A stretch of 64,000 nt of DNA from contig CM022673.1 of assembly GCA_012295275.1 (NCBI GenBank), positions 14,136,001 through 14,200,000 on the forward strand, given 5' to 3'. Every line of letters starts with the position of its first letter. Within the stretch, counting starts at the first letter, position 1. The notes below the pieces were generated by a model. It worked only from the letters and a program-made list of their open reading frames with translations, made no database searches and was not told the DNA's origin. A program made the position numbers and the translations under genes. This DNA is from Chrysomallon squamiferum (Eukaryota > Animalia > Mollusca). Below are positions 45,768 to 60,109 of the stretch, piece after piece.

Positions 45768-46666
45768 ATTTCGAAAACACTTTAATGGACGGTAAATGAA
45801 TATCACAGAAAATAGTTTTACATACAGTTCTTTTTTTTTTTTTTTTTTTTCTAAATGTATTTTCTTTTCAATTTTTGAAAATTTAAAAACAAAATGTTTT
45901 AACATTTATTTTAAACTGACAATGCTTTGTTTTTGTCACAGAAACAACATCAATTAATACAAACAATAATGCATAAATTTTTGGTTTCTTATGCATGCAG
46001 AAAAGACTGATTATGGAAAGTCTTGTGTGTGAAAGTAATTATTTTCCCTTGAAATACATACACACTATATTCTGTCTGTAAATATTTATATATGTATATA
46101 TATGTGTATATTACATTGTATTAATGAAACTTTTATACATTTTGAATTAAATTATGAATACATTTAAAAAAAAATATTCAATATTTATAAAATAAATGAT
46201 ACTTGAAAAATGTAAAACAATGACGTCATACTTTTAACAATACTACATTTAAAAATCAAATTAACACTATCAAAATATCCTCTTTACTATCACCAATCAA
46301 ACTGTAACTAGAGTTCTGTCCCTTTGATTATTTTGTGAATATAAAAGAGAAGAAAAAACAACAACAAAAAAAAGAACAATAATAATAATAATAAAAAAAA
46401 AATTTTTTTTTTTTTTTTTTTTTTGGGGGTTCTTTTGGTAACAATTGTTACTTCTAATTAGATATTTGTCTCCCCAAAGATTTGTTACTGTTTAAATTGT
46501 CTGATAATGCAAGATATAGATATTACATGCTTAAAACATAGATTATTATAACTATAATTTTCTCTTTTTCAGTAAACACACACTTAATGAAATAATTAAT
46601 TTTGATTTTGAATTTTTTTTTTTTTTTTATTTTATTTTTTCTATTTAGAAAATAAATACAGTAAAA

Positions 46667-47023
46667 TCAAGACAACACTTCCCAGAGTCCAGACAGAGTA
46701 AACCCTTCTTTAAGTTTTTCTATTGCAAGTCCAAGTTCTTCTGAATAAACTGGATCTCTGTCTTTCTCCTTGTTTCCATCAGCAAAATAGGCCTGAAATG
46801 AATTAAACTTTGTTTTAACATCACAAATATACTGAACATATATACATGAAAATTACAGGTTTTATAGAGAACTGAACTTTTGTCCTAACTGAGAAGAACA
46901 GTAAAACACCATGTGAGTTGTTAGAAGACTGTTCCTACAAACATTAACTACATTTAATGCTGAATATTCCAAACCTTGTGATGTACAAAACTGGTCTCAA
47001 GATATCTAATTATATACAAAATA

Positions 47024-47055
<32 letters not shown>

Positions 47056-50000
47056 TAATAATAATGACAATAATAACAACATTAACAATGATGATGATGA
47101 TAATAATAACAATAAATAACAACAACAATAATAATAATAATTACAATGATAATAACATAAATGTTGGTACTTTAAAATAAATGAAAAATATTGGTTTGTC
47201 AAACATTTATGCTCTGCATTGTCCTCAGCTATCCTCCTTTTAATCACTGAAATGTTAATTATCAAATACATGTATATAAAAAATATGTTCTTTTCAGTCT
47301 AGATATAGATATATATATATATACTGTTATATCATAATTATGGTTGTAATTTTTTAATGATTTTTATTAGTGTGTTAATGTAAGTTATAAATCTTACTGC
47401 AAAAGCATCTGTTTGTCCATCATTCTCTATCTCAATATCATCAGTGACCCGTTCGACTGTTAATTCCTCTATTGTTTGTGGCTGCAAAACAAACACAAAG
47501 TTAATAAGTAAATAAAACTTCAAATTTAGCTGCTGCAGTCTCTTTTACTGGGATATGAACCTTTTAATTTGACAGATAAGAACAAAAATATGTGTATTTT
47601 GTGTATTGGCATAGAATTTCAAAATATTACAAAAATGACAGTAACAGATATACTGCAGCTTCTGAACATATTACTGTTAAATTTTAAACTAGTCTGATTA
47701 AACTAGAGTCTGATCTAAAATGGCTTGTTGATGCAGAACATCTGGTTAATAGGTATATAATTAAGAATTTCAAAATGTTTTAAAAGATTAGGTTTTTTTC
47801 TCTTGATTTTTTTTATTTATGTTATTTGTTATCATCATTACTGTAACCAGAAATAGCTCATTGGGTGCATTGAAGAGTACTGAACTGTAACCTATCGTAG
47901 CTCAGGCAATCTTCTTGCTACTCAGCTACATATTTCATATAGTAAGAAATACTAAAAACATGCTTACTTTATCTTCAACCTCAAACTCAACACCAAATAT
48001 AGGACATGCGCTGTAAATACGATGTAGATTTTGTATTTCTTTAGCTGTTTCTTTCAACTTCTCTGGTGGATCAATTCGAAATCCAAGAACATAACCACCA
48101 CTCTGAAAATTACAAACAAGATAAGATTTAACTGAAAGTGATAAAACTACAAAATAATAACAATAACAATAATAAAATCTAATAAATTATATTTTGGACA
48201 AAACCAAGCTTCATGTTATATGGATATCAAAAATAGTAATAGAAATAAATGAAAACATTAACTAGAATGAATGTTGTAAAATGTGGTTTGTGTTAGAAGA
48301 ATAGGAAATCATGCCTGAAACATTTATTTTGAAAAAAAAAGCATAAATCATCAATTTTATATTTTTTTTGCAAATGAAGAAAATGTTTGTAAAGGTTAGA
48401 ACTAGTGAAGGAATGTATGGAATGGTATCTGCTTATAAAAAAAATAATCACAAACTTACAAGTGTTGATGTTTCAACTACAAAAGCCAGACCAAACTTTG
48501 AATCCCGAATCTTTATGGATTTCTAATGAGAGAAAGAAAACATAAAATAATTAATTAAATACAAAAATAAATAAAACAATAGATATAAAAATGACACAAT
48601 AAATTTTAGATTATGTTCATCATTCTATATATTAAAAATGACTAGCAATCGATTTTGGAATAAAAAGATTTAAAGAAATTCTAAATCTTTTCATCAACTG
48701 ATTATCTACATTTTGAGTGCAGTGGTGATAATTAATGTTATTTTCTACTGCATCTTCATCAGCAATGTCATTAGGAAAGTAATGAAGCTGCTGCAGAAGT
48801 TGGCAGTTAGCAACAGAACAAAATCAGTAGATTTACAAGAACTTTAGCTAGTAACAACCTCTCAACATCACAACAGAGATTAAAAAGATAAAGTATAAGG
48901 GAGCTAACTCGGTCACCGATTAACAAAGTAAATATCTGTTTACCATCTGTAAATAGGGAATGCTGACATTAAAAGACTCATTGATGTTGGCATGCCAGAC
49001 AAGGCGAACGTTGGTGATGTAGAATGTTCCCAGATTACCCTACAACAACAACAACAACAACTACATCAATGATTAAAATATTATTCCAACTTAAAATTAA
49101 TACAGATTTATAGAGTATAACTTTTATTATAACAGATTAATGCAATTATGTTTTGAAACTACAGGCTTTTTATTACCGTATATACTTGTGTACAAGGCGA
49201 CCTTATGTATAAGTCGATGTGTATTTTAAGACCAAAAATTGCGTCATTTTAGGTATTACTTGTGTATAAGTCGACTGTAGATTCCAGGCACCGTCACTAT
49301 TTTTAGACCAGTGTGACAGTGCCATGAAGGCCTACGTTGTACGCCTACTGTAACATAACTTGCACGAACATACCATAATAACGTAAATGCATGTATTACA
49401 CGAGCTATAGCCTAAATGTATCATAAATAGTATCTCTTTAATGTAATAGGTCTAACATGGAGACCTAACTTACCGTTATATTTAGCCGTTCTATGATTTA
49501 CAAAATTTGTCGGTAGTGGATATTAATGACGATTGCAATATTATTTCACCAAATTCTTTACAATTAAACAAGTGAGTTTTGTTTATGAAATTAGGACCGA
49601 TATTTAGTGCAATTTGGCAGAGAAGTCTGCATTCCTAGATCATTACAAGACGCCGTAAGGCGTAACGCCGTACTGGCGGTTTTCTCGCTTTAAAATGTAT
49701 TTTTATGTCATTAAACGAAAGAATATCATGTTTTACCTTCATATTTGGTTTTGTTATTTAATTTTTCAAAAATGTTTATACGATAAAATTATATTTTTGA
49801 AAAACTGAAAGACCGCAATTATTTTAGATGCATCCCGTAGCAAAAAATAGTCAAAATGGCGACTCTTCGGCAACAGCTACAAAAGCATTACCTATGTATA
49901 AGTCGACCCCCAAAATATTAGCTTAATATAGTCTCCAAAAAATTCGACTTATACACAAGTATATACGGTAGTCATAATTCATTGCTTAAACTTGATTCCG

Positions 50001-51834
50001 CTCGATATCCAGTATTTCAAAATTTTTTACCATTAAGGGTTGTAGATTTAATGTGTTTTAAAAATTATTTTAAATAAATCTTCAGCAAAATAAATGCATG
50101 ACTCACAATAGAGAACACAAAATAAAACATAAACAATGTACATGTGTATATGTGTATATATCTGAGTAGTTATTGTAATGATAAGAATTAACTAAATTAA
50201 ACAATTTTCTTTAACTGATTGTTTTGAATAATAAAAGATAAAAGTACACAAAAAATTTGAGTGTTGCATTTTAGAAAAATTATCATAAAATAGAGTAAAT
50301 TCACTTCCTCAACTGTTTATATACAACAGTTTTTATAGAACACTTTGCGATGACAAATTATTTTTACCTGGTCACTGGAAAGATTCCAAACACCATTCAC
50401 TTGGTCATAGATTTCTTCTAGAGGCAGCAGTCGCAGGTTCTTGTTTTGAATCAGAGCTCCACGCAGCTTCAGATCTCGGTACAGTTTTGACGTTTCATAT
50501 GCTCTGAGATAAAAGACTTAACTTTACACAAAGTAACTATTAAATAAATTATAATAGCTGTATTTTAGTATTTATGCAACGTCTATGTTAAAACAAAAAA
50601 CAGCAATAAACAAATAAATAAATAAATAACAACTACAACAATAGTAATAATATAATAATAATAATAATACTATAGCAAGAGACAATATTAAATAAAAACA
50701 TATAAAGTGCACACACAGACACACACTCAAACTGAACAAAACTGAAGAGAGAGAGAGAGAGAGAGAGATATGATATTATAAGAAAAATGAACAGAAGGGA
50801 ATCATGTAATGGGAATCAATTAGCTTTTACATTTAGTAATAAATCACTTTAACTTAACTTTTACATTTAGTAATAAATTACTTTAAATTAATTTTTAGTT
50901 GATCTGGAAAATAATTCTTATTTTGAGAAACCAACCTGTGAACTGATATGATGGAGGTGAACAGTCGAGGAGTCCCTGAAATCTGGGTAAAACAAAAAAT
51001 ATTTAAAAAAAGTAAAATTTAAAAAAAGTACAATTTATCAAGACAGTATAATTACAATGTCAAACTGAGATGCTTAGAAAATTTGGTAAAATATATCCTT
51101 AATTTGAGTACTGAAGTTAAAATTATACTATCTGCTTTATAATTCAGTACATTATCAGATATGTTATTTGAATTTTACATAAACAAAATTTTTAAAAAAT
51201 AAAAAGTAAAAAATAACCCTGGAAAAATAAATAATAAAGTAAATAAAAATAAATAAGTAAATTTAATTAAATTAAAAACTAATATATAATATATAGAATA
51301 AATAATTAAATTAATATTAAAATCTATACCAGGTTAGTGAAGATGAACTCAAATCTTGTAGCTCCACATTTTGTCAGAACATACAATGCCTCGGAATTGC
51401 CTTTGAGTTTCTGAAACAGAAGACAATCTGTTTAATAATGAAAGAAAATAATGAATTCCTCTCAAACACATGAAACAGGATAAAAATATTAAACAGTGAA
51501 ACAGAAAAGAAGCTGACTCAATATATGGCCAAGGAATCTTGTCTTTTCAAATCTCTTTAATGTTTGTCTTCAAGGCCAGACTTTGCAGATAATAAATCTG
51601 ATAATATAATAACGCATTTGTAAAACAAAGTTTTTTTATCAGTCATCAGAAGATTCAAAATGTCACCCTTCATCACCACATACTGTTCCCAGTGTATGGG
51701 TGCAAGTTGCTCCCTGCCAAAACTTTGGTTAATACAGCACACACTTAGGTAAACACTAGAGAAACAATGGACGTATTTGTTACAGTATAGATGTAAAAGA
51801 TTAAAGATATGATCAAAGCAACTACTATATATTT

Positions 51835-51903
<69 letters not shown>

Positions 51904-54900
51904 TTAAAAATGAATATTGGGAAAAAAATGTTTTATTTATAGTATTTTTTAGTTGTTGCAATGTTATTTTTTTCTGTTTATTATTTTTTTGAAATTTTTA
52001 ATTTATAAAGTTATTTGTCTAATTATCGTCATCATTGCAAAAGCAATGTATTATTATGATAATTTGTGACTAATCTATTAATAAAACAAATAATAATAAA
52101 AGCCACCAATAATAATAAAATCTCGGTGTCAACAAAATGGCGGGAATGAGAACGTTTATCAAATCAACTTAATTTCTGCAAACTATCCAATATTATTTTT
52201 TAAGAACAAAACCAGGTACGTCAAGGGGAAAAGAGGCAGCAATGGAATAAAAATTGCGACATATAAACCGTTTATTTTCGTTTGAGAATTTATTTATTTA
52301 TTACTCTTAGTCACGTGTCTGCGCGCAGAATCCACGGCCTTGTTTTCGTACACGCAACGCAACCACAGAAATCCATTGAAATTAGATTGGTACTTTGAAA
52401 AATAATGATCAAATAATTATTATTATTTTGTTATTGTTATAATTGTTATTAGAAGTAGTAGCAGTAGTAGAATTTCATTGTTTCGTAAATGGTTCTATCC
52501 ACGAACCGTAAAAGGCCGAAGACTATCGACGAAATGACGTCAACAATGAAATAACGTCACACGCAGAGGGCAGCCATTGTCATTGTCATATGATTTTTCG
52601 CTTGCTTAATATTTGTATATTTGAGATAGGAAATTTCTGCTGTTTTCTACAAGATTTGATACTTTTATGTGTAGAAACTTAATCTGCAACAAAATTTAAA
52701 TGTTCATCAAATCAGCATAATTTAATTAAAACAGTAGTATAAGTAAAGCGTTACACCCCTGTGTACTTACTATATAGTAGATATTAGTAATATTTCTGTA
52801 TCCATGTTTGTGTGTTTTCGAGTTTATGTGTATGCTTATTTTATATTTGGTTAACGTTCCTGTTTAAATTATATCTACATGTTTCGTGTATGTCTAAGTT
52901 TGTATAATGTTTATATTTGTCTGCATTCTTCTTTTATATTTATGTATTTGTATACTGTGGATGTGTCTACCTGACTGTTTTATGTTTATGTGTTCGTACA
53001 ATAATATGCTGATATCTATATGTCATCTTTATGTACTTATTTATTGACGAGTCTACATGATTTATGTTTATGTAATGTTGATATCTGTGTCTCCATTATT
53101 GTTTATCTTTATGTGATTGTATAATGTTGATATCTGTGCATGTTTGTTTTATGTTTATGTGTTTGTATAATGTTTGTCTGCATATTTGTTATATGTTTAT
53201 GTTTGTATAATGTTGATATCTGTGTCTGCATGTTTCTTTTATGTTTACGTGTTTGTATAATGTTGATATCTGTGTCTGCATGTTTGTTTTATGTTTATGT
53301 GTCTGTGTTTCTGTTTTCTTTTTTTATGTCTGTGTTTGTTTAATGTTGATATATCTGTGTCTGCATGTTTGTTTTATGTTTGTGTTTGTATAATGTTGAT
53401 AGCTGTGTCTGCATGTTTCTTTTATGTGTCTGTCTTTGTATAATCTTGATACCCATGTCTGCATGCTTGTTTTATGTTTGTGTGTTTTATAATGTTGATA
53501 TCTCTGTTTGTGTGTTTGTTTTTTGTTATTGTCTTTGTATAATGTTGATATCTGTGTCTGCATGTTTGTTTTATGTTTGTTTTTATTCTGTTTGTATGTT
53601 TGTTTTATGTTTATGTGTTTGTATAATGTTGATATCTGTGTTTGCATGCTTCTTTTATGTTTACATGTTTGTACAATGTTGATATCTGTGTCTGCATACT
53701 TGTTTTATGTTTATGTGTTTGTATGTTATCTGTGTTTGTATGTTTGTTTTTTGTTATTGTCTTTGTATAATGTTGATATCTGTGTCTGCATGCTTGTTTT
53801 ATATTCACGTGTTTGTGTAATGTAGATATCTATCCGCATGCTTGTTTTATGTTTATGTGTTTGTATAATGTTGATATCTGTGTCTGCATGCTTGTTTGCA
53901 TGTTTTATGTTTATGTCTTTGTATAATGTTGATATCTGTGTCTGAATGCTTGTTTTATGTTTGTGTTTGTATAATGTTGGTGGCTGTGTCTGCATGTTTG
54001 TTTTATGTTTGTGTTTGTATAATGTTGATAGCTGTGTCTGCATGTTTGTTTTATGTGTCTGTGTTTGTATAATGTTGATATCTGTGTCTGCATATTTGTT
54101 TTACGTTTGTGTGCTTGTATAATGTTGATATCTGTGTCTGCATGTTTGTTTTATGTTTGAGTGTTTGTACAATGTTGGTGTCTGTGTCTGCATGTTTGTT
54201 TTATGTTTGTTTTTATTCTGTTTGTATGTTTGTTTTATGTTTATGTGTTTGTATAATGTTGATATCTGTGTTTGCATGCTTCTTTTATGTTTACATGTTT
54301 GTACAATGTTGATATCTGTGTCTGCATACTTGTTTTATGTTTATGTGTTTGTATAATGTTATCTGTGTTTGTATGTTTGTTTTTTGTTATTGTCTTTGTA
54401 TAATGTTGATATCTGTGTCTGCATGCTTGTTTTATGTTCACGTGTTTGTGTAATGTAGATATCTATCCACATGCTTGTTTTATGTTTATGTCTTTGTATA
54501 AAGTTGATATCTGTGTCTGCATGCTTGTTTTATGTTCACGTGTTTGTGTAATGTAGATATCTATCCGCATGCTTGTTTTATGTTTATGTGTTTGTATAAT
54601 GTTGATATCTGTGTCTGCATGCTTGTTCGCATGTTTTATGTTTATGTCTTTGTATAATGTTGATATCTGTGTCTGAATGCTTGTTTTATGTTTGTGTTTG
54701 TATAATGTTGGTGGCTGTGTCTGCATGTTTGTTTTATGTTTGTGTTTGTATAATGTTGATAGCTGTGTCTGCATGTTTGTTTTATGTGTCTGTGTTTGTA
54801 TAATGTTGATATCTGTGTCTGCATATTTGTTTTATGTTTGTGTGCTTGTATAATGTTGATATCTGTGTCTGCATGTTTGTTTTATGCTTGAGTGTTTGTA

Positions 54901-57900
54901 CAATGTTGGTGTCTGTGTCTGCATGTTTGTTTTTATTCTGTTTGTATGTTTGTTTTATGTGTTTGTATAATGTTGATATCTGTGTTTGCATGCTTCTTTT
55001 ATGTTTACATGTTTGTACAATGTTGATATCTGTGTCTGCATACTTGTTTTATGTTTATGTGTTTGTATAATGTTATCTGTGTTTGTATGTTTGTTTTTTG
55101 TTATTGTCTTTGTATAATGTTGATATCTGTGTCTGCATGCTTGTTTTATGTTCACGTGTTTGTGTAATGTAGATATCTATCCACATGCTTGTTTTATGTT
55201 TATGTCTTTGTATAAAGTTGATATCTGTGTCTGCATGCTTGTTTTATGTTCACGTGTTTGTGTAATGTAGATATCTATCCGCATGCTTGTTTTATGTTTA
55301 TGTGTTTGTATAATGTTGATATCTGTGTCTGCATGCTTGTTTGCATGTTTTATGTTTATGTCTTTGTATAATGTTGATATCTGTGTCTGAATGCTTGTTT
55401 TATGTTTGTGTTTGTATAATGTTGGTGGCTGTGTCTGCATGTTTGTTTTATGTTTGTGTTTGTATAATGTTGATATCTGTGTCTGCATGTTTGTTTTATG
55501 TGTCTGTGTTTGTATAATGTTGATATCTGTGTCTGCATATTTGTTTTACATTTGTGTGCTTGTATAATGTTGATATCTGTGTCTGCATGTTTGTTTTATG
55601 TTTGAGTATTTGTACAATGTTGGTGTCTGTGTCTGCATGTTTGTTTTATGTGTCTGTGTTTGTATAACATTGGTGTCTGTGTCTGCATGTTTGTTTTATC
55701 TTTGGATAATGTTGATACCTGTGTCTGCATATTTGTTTTATGCTTGTGTGTTTTTATAATGTTGATATCTCTGTATGTTTGTTTTGTTTATGTGTTTGTA
55801 TAATGTTAATATCTGTGTTTGCATGCTTCTTTTATGTGTACAAGTTTGAATAATGTTGATATCTGTCAGCATGCTTGTTTTATGTTTATGTGTTTGTATA
55901 ATGTTATCTGTGTTTGTATGTTTGTTTTATGTTTATGTCTTTGTATAATGTTGATATCTGTGTCTGCTTGCTTGTTTTATGTTTACATGTTTGTATAATG
56001 TTGATATCTGTGTCTGCATCCCTGTTTTATGTTCATGTGTTTGTATAATGTTGATATCTGTGTCTGCTTGCTTGTTTTATGTTTACATGTTTGTATAATG
56101 TTGATATCTGTGTCTGCATCCCTGTTTTATGTTCATGTGTTTGTATAATGTTGATATCTGTGCCTGCATGATTGTTTAATCTTTATGTGTTTGTCAGTTG
56201 TTATCTGTGTTTGTATGTGTGTTTTGTTTTTGTGATTAATAGTGTACAAGCAAGGACATGCAACACACTTATCAAATACATACTGATTAAGTAAGATATA
56301 TGTTAGACACACACACATACATTTTGAGACTGACTACAAAAAACAAAACAAAATAATTAATTAGTTTTACGATTTTAAAATTAGTTGTAATTGAAAAATC
56401 ACATGACCTGACTTCAGCTGACCTCTACTGAGTGTGAGGTTCTCAGATCGGAGTTTATTTTAAATTTGGTATCTAGGAAATCAAACTTGGCAATTTTTTT
56501 TGTAGAATTCTCTGATATCCATTATTTTGGTGAACCATCTAAATTTGTGTCAAAAAATGACATTTTTTTTTTTTTTTTTTTTGTCCAACACATCAAAATT
56601 TCACTCATAAGACACAACAATTGTTGCTTGTTGATTTTTTCAACATTAATGTGAGGGTTAATTTAAATATTAACAGTAAATATTAAAAAAAAAATTAAAA
56701 AGCAGGGCAAAGTATTTAACTAAACAAAATTAAATTATAAAAAATTATCTTAAAGTTTTAAAAAAGTTTTAAAAATACTTTCACTTTAATAAACTATAAA
56801 TATTGCTAATAAATTAATGCTAGGGAGTCTATTAATAAATCAGAAATAAATGAATGATTAAAAATGTAAATATATGACTTAAAAAAAAGAAATAAATATG
56901 CATTTTAAGTTAAAATAACAGGAATAGCTATATATAAATGGGTTTAAATAAATGAAAGAGATCGTATATAAATAAATGAATAAAATAATTGTATTATTTG
57001 TAACATTTATTTGATGATTTTCAACTCTAAAATTTAAAATAATTAAAGTACTTTTATTATTATTTGTATCAAATATCTAAAGAAGAATTTACTTTTTAAC
57101 ATATTTTAAATTTAATTTGTTGTGTCTTATAGTAAACAAAATTTATTTTATAATTATTTTTTATTATTTATTTATTTTTACTTAAGATTCCTCACCATTT
57201 CTAGTAATTTTTTTATTTTTTATTTATTTTTTTATCTGTAATGTTATAGAAGTGTACCTAAAATGCAGCAACATTGAGTCACCTGGTGAGTGATGACACC
57301 CCCACCTCAGAGTGGCTAATACGGATTAACTCATACTTGAAAATGTGTTATCTGGGGGACTGTTCACCTTGGGTACAGAACAGTACTATTTAATTAAAAC
57401 TATATTAGAAACTTATAAAAATTTAAATATATTTTTCTACCATTCAATCAAAGAGCACAGGTTACACTGTAATTAATACATTGACATACTGTATCAGTAA
57501 CAGTTGTGATTTGAACAATATATGTCATGACTTTAATAAACTTCTTGGATTGCTGTTGTCTTCTTCTTTTTCTTTTTTTAAATTATAAAATGTTTTTTAT
57601 TTGCCTGATGTGGTTTTTGCAAGAGCATTCTGTTAATAAATTAATTTAAATACACAAACAGAAATCAACCTTACCGACTGGGCAGTTTTTGTTGAAATGT
57701 TGATTACACAATTCAGTCCAATTGCTGAAAATAAACAATTTTAATAACATATATATTAGTATACATATATGTGTACACATACATACAGACACACACACAA
57801 ACACATATACATATCTATATATTCAAGCAACTATTTGTAAAAAAAAATTCTATTTACAAAATACAGTAGACTGCAATGTTTATGAGATAAAACTGTCTTG

Positions 57901-58822
57901 CTAATAAAAACAATGATAAAAAAATCCCTGATTATAAACACTCAATGTTATCAAATTTTACTACTTCACTTCTGTCTTTTCTTCCAACCATCACTTCTCA
58001 CTAAGTTAAATTCAGTTTGTCATTCCATCCATCAAAAAAATTAACAACAGTTAATCAACTATTTTTTTATTTTCTCTTTTTTTTTTCAATCAAAATTTAG
58101 AATCACAATAAAAAAAAAAAAAAATCTCTGTATAGGTCTGTGAGTTGATCCACAAAACAGAGAATTATTAAAAACAGTTAAAATACTCACATAAATTGAC
58201 TCTAAGCAAGGAAAGAGAATGCCAAATGATTCGCAGATTTGTTACAAGTAATCTGCCTGTACAAAGACAAAACAATGACAATATTTTAATAAGAAAAAAT
58301 AAATATTTTATTTTGCATATAACTGTTTAATCATTTAAATAACAAAGAATTATACTGAGAGGCCTATTTTATTTACACACACTACATATTAATACTTTTT
58401 GAAAACATGAAAATAATAATAATGTATCAATGATATACAAAGTTAACTGTATTAAACAGCCTCAAATTATGTTCTCAGTGTGTGAATGTTTTCAAAAATG
58501 ATAATATCTCTTACCTCTATCACCATTATTTCCTTTTGTGTCTTCTACTGCATCAAGACGATCAATAACCTTCTCACCTGGTCTCATCCGCATCTGACTA
58601 AAGTCAAATCAAACAAATAAATAAATAAATAAAGGTTACTGTCTAAGAAGATGTCAAAAGATTGACTGTACTACTGTAAAAGATTTCTTTTGGAGAAAGT
58701 GCCAGAAAGAAGAAACATTTTGATAGTTACTTGTACACCACTAATAAATTCGCTTTGGTGCCAGATACAATGAGACATTAGTGTGTCTGGTAATAGATAT
58801 TAGCCTCGAATTAATAAATTTA

Positions 58823-58871
<49 letters not shown>

Positions 58872-58924
58872 TTTTGAAAATATATATTACCTTTAAATGA
58901 GTTAAGGAGAAAACACCGTGCAAA

Positions 58925-58978
<54 letters not shown>

Positions 58979-59184
58979 TCATTAATCATGGTCTTGACAA
59001 CCCTATAAACAATGCTTTATTATTGGTTTTTAATGATGATGAAAATAAAATCGCTTACTATATTTGAATAATTACTAATATTAAGTATATGTGTAAAGTA
59101 TTAAATGAAAAAGATAAACAAAACATACATAGGACTAATGTCAAATCTGACATCTCTATCTTCCCACAATGTGTCCACTGACAT
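46667..59184 (-). CDS. BBS5: Bardet-Biedl syndrome 5 protein (BBSome subunit), complete, 12 coding exons, 340 aa
   Basis: Exons 59184-59129, 58597-58515, 58256-58191, 57724-57675, 51410-51330, 50982-50936, 50503-50368, 49039-48944, 48522-48460, 48102-47968, 47481-47398 and 46792-46667 are all GT-AG and phase-consistent (1023 nt). Translation [18 protein letters not shown]...[24 protein letters not shown]...RFEFIFTNL...[15 protein letters not shown]...[27 protein letters not shown]...DSKFGLA...[12 protein letters not shown]...AYFADGNK...[23 protein letters not shown] carries the characteristic BBS5 motifs. Confidence 0.97.
47720..47935. repeat. Degraded dispersed-repeat fragments in a BBS5 intron
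   Basis: 47730-47823 (gcagaacatctggttaataggtatataattaagaattt...taaaagattag) is homologous to 21265-21385, 27425, 41235 and 20400. The adjacent 47851-47932 (aatagctcattgggt...actcagctacat) resembles an antisense tRNA-derived SINE head. Confidence 0.45.
49176..49968. mobile_element. Non-autonomous Tc2/pogo-like DNA transposon (MITE) in a BBS5 intron
   Basis: TA-flanked TIRs CCGTATATACTTGTGTA(C/T)AAG(G/T)CGA at both ends, with internal copies of tgtataagtcga at ~49206, ~49263 and ~49896; no transposase ORF. Confidence 0.85.
53070..56220. repeat. ~50-bp satellite with ~714-731-bp higher-order repeat in BBS5 intron 4
   Basis: Unit ataatgttgatatctgtgtctgcatg(c/t)ttgttttatgtttatgtgtttgt (e.g. starts at 55995, 56045, 56095). 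Identical variant series recur at 53911/54642/55356 and 54241/54955. Confidence 0.95.
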
Positions 59185-60109
59185 TTTTGTTTTTCTGTTT
59201 TAGGAAATATTTTCCGTCCACAAAATTAAAAGCACCACACGAATTGTTGCTTATTCTTGCGGAAATAATGCTATAATTACTTGTTTTTCGTTTAGGACCT
59301 AGTTGTTATATATTCTTCCCATAACTTGGCTACAAATAAAAACAAAATAATTAAATTTATCAAAATGATTAAAAACTAATAATATAATTATAAAAAAGAT
59401 TAATTACTGACATATAATTATTGATTGAGTGGACATTGATAATTACCACAGTGAACATAAGAAAAAAATTATTAAATAAAGTTTTAAATATTTATTATTA
59501 TTATTAGTAGTAGTAGTAGTAGCAGTAGTAGTAGTAGTTGCAGCAGCAGCAGCACTGATTTTGCCCATTTCAGTCATCTGCATCAACTAAACTAGTCTAA
59601 AGGTATAATGGACGAAATGGCAAGTGAGGAAAATAAATAAAGAAATATAATTAAATCATTTGATTTGTTTGGTTAGAAGTAGAAAGAGAATAAACTTCTA
59701 TATAAGCAAAAATTGTCTGATCAATTTAATTATAAAATTTTAATTTGTCCAACAGGTGTACCTTCAGGTCAATCGGGTCATTGGATGATGTGACATCATT
59801 ACCCAGCATTCCAAAGAAAGAAAATGGCGGTAGGCAAAGGATGTATTTAGTAGCAGAGGGGATTGGTGATTGAGCTACATTCTTTGCTGTCAAACGTTTC
59901 TTTGGAATCTCATAAAGAAGACACTTTTCTTCCGTTAATGGTAGTGATAAATTGGGATTAACGTCTTGGACAGTGTTTCAAATGGAAATTTAATTTTCTT
60001 TGCGGCCATGTCAACGTAATCTGATGTTGAATGTGCTTTGACCTCGTCTAAGAATTGGACTAATGATTATGTCATCAAATTGAATTTATATTTTTCTTGA
60101 ACTGTGATA
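59185..60109. promoter_or_regulatory. Divergent (likely bidirectional) promoter/5'UTR region between BBS5 and kinesin heavy chain
   Basis: The two start codons face away from each other 925 bp apart. The interval has a degenerate X-box-like ATAACTTGGCTAC at 59321-59333, a YY1-like AAAATGGCGG at 59821 and a plus-strand acceptor tttgtccaacag| at 59755. Confidence 0.55.

Noticed and set aside
53140-56318. Cys-rich and [11 protein letters not shown] ORFs
   Set aside because: They are translations of the 50-bp satellite; the unit length is not a multiple of 3 and it lies in a BBS5 intron.
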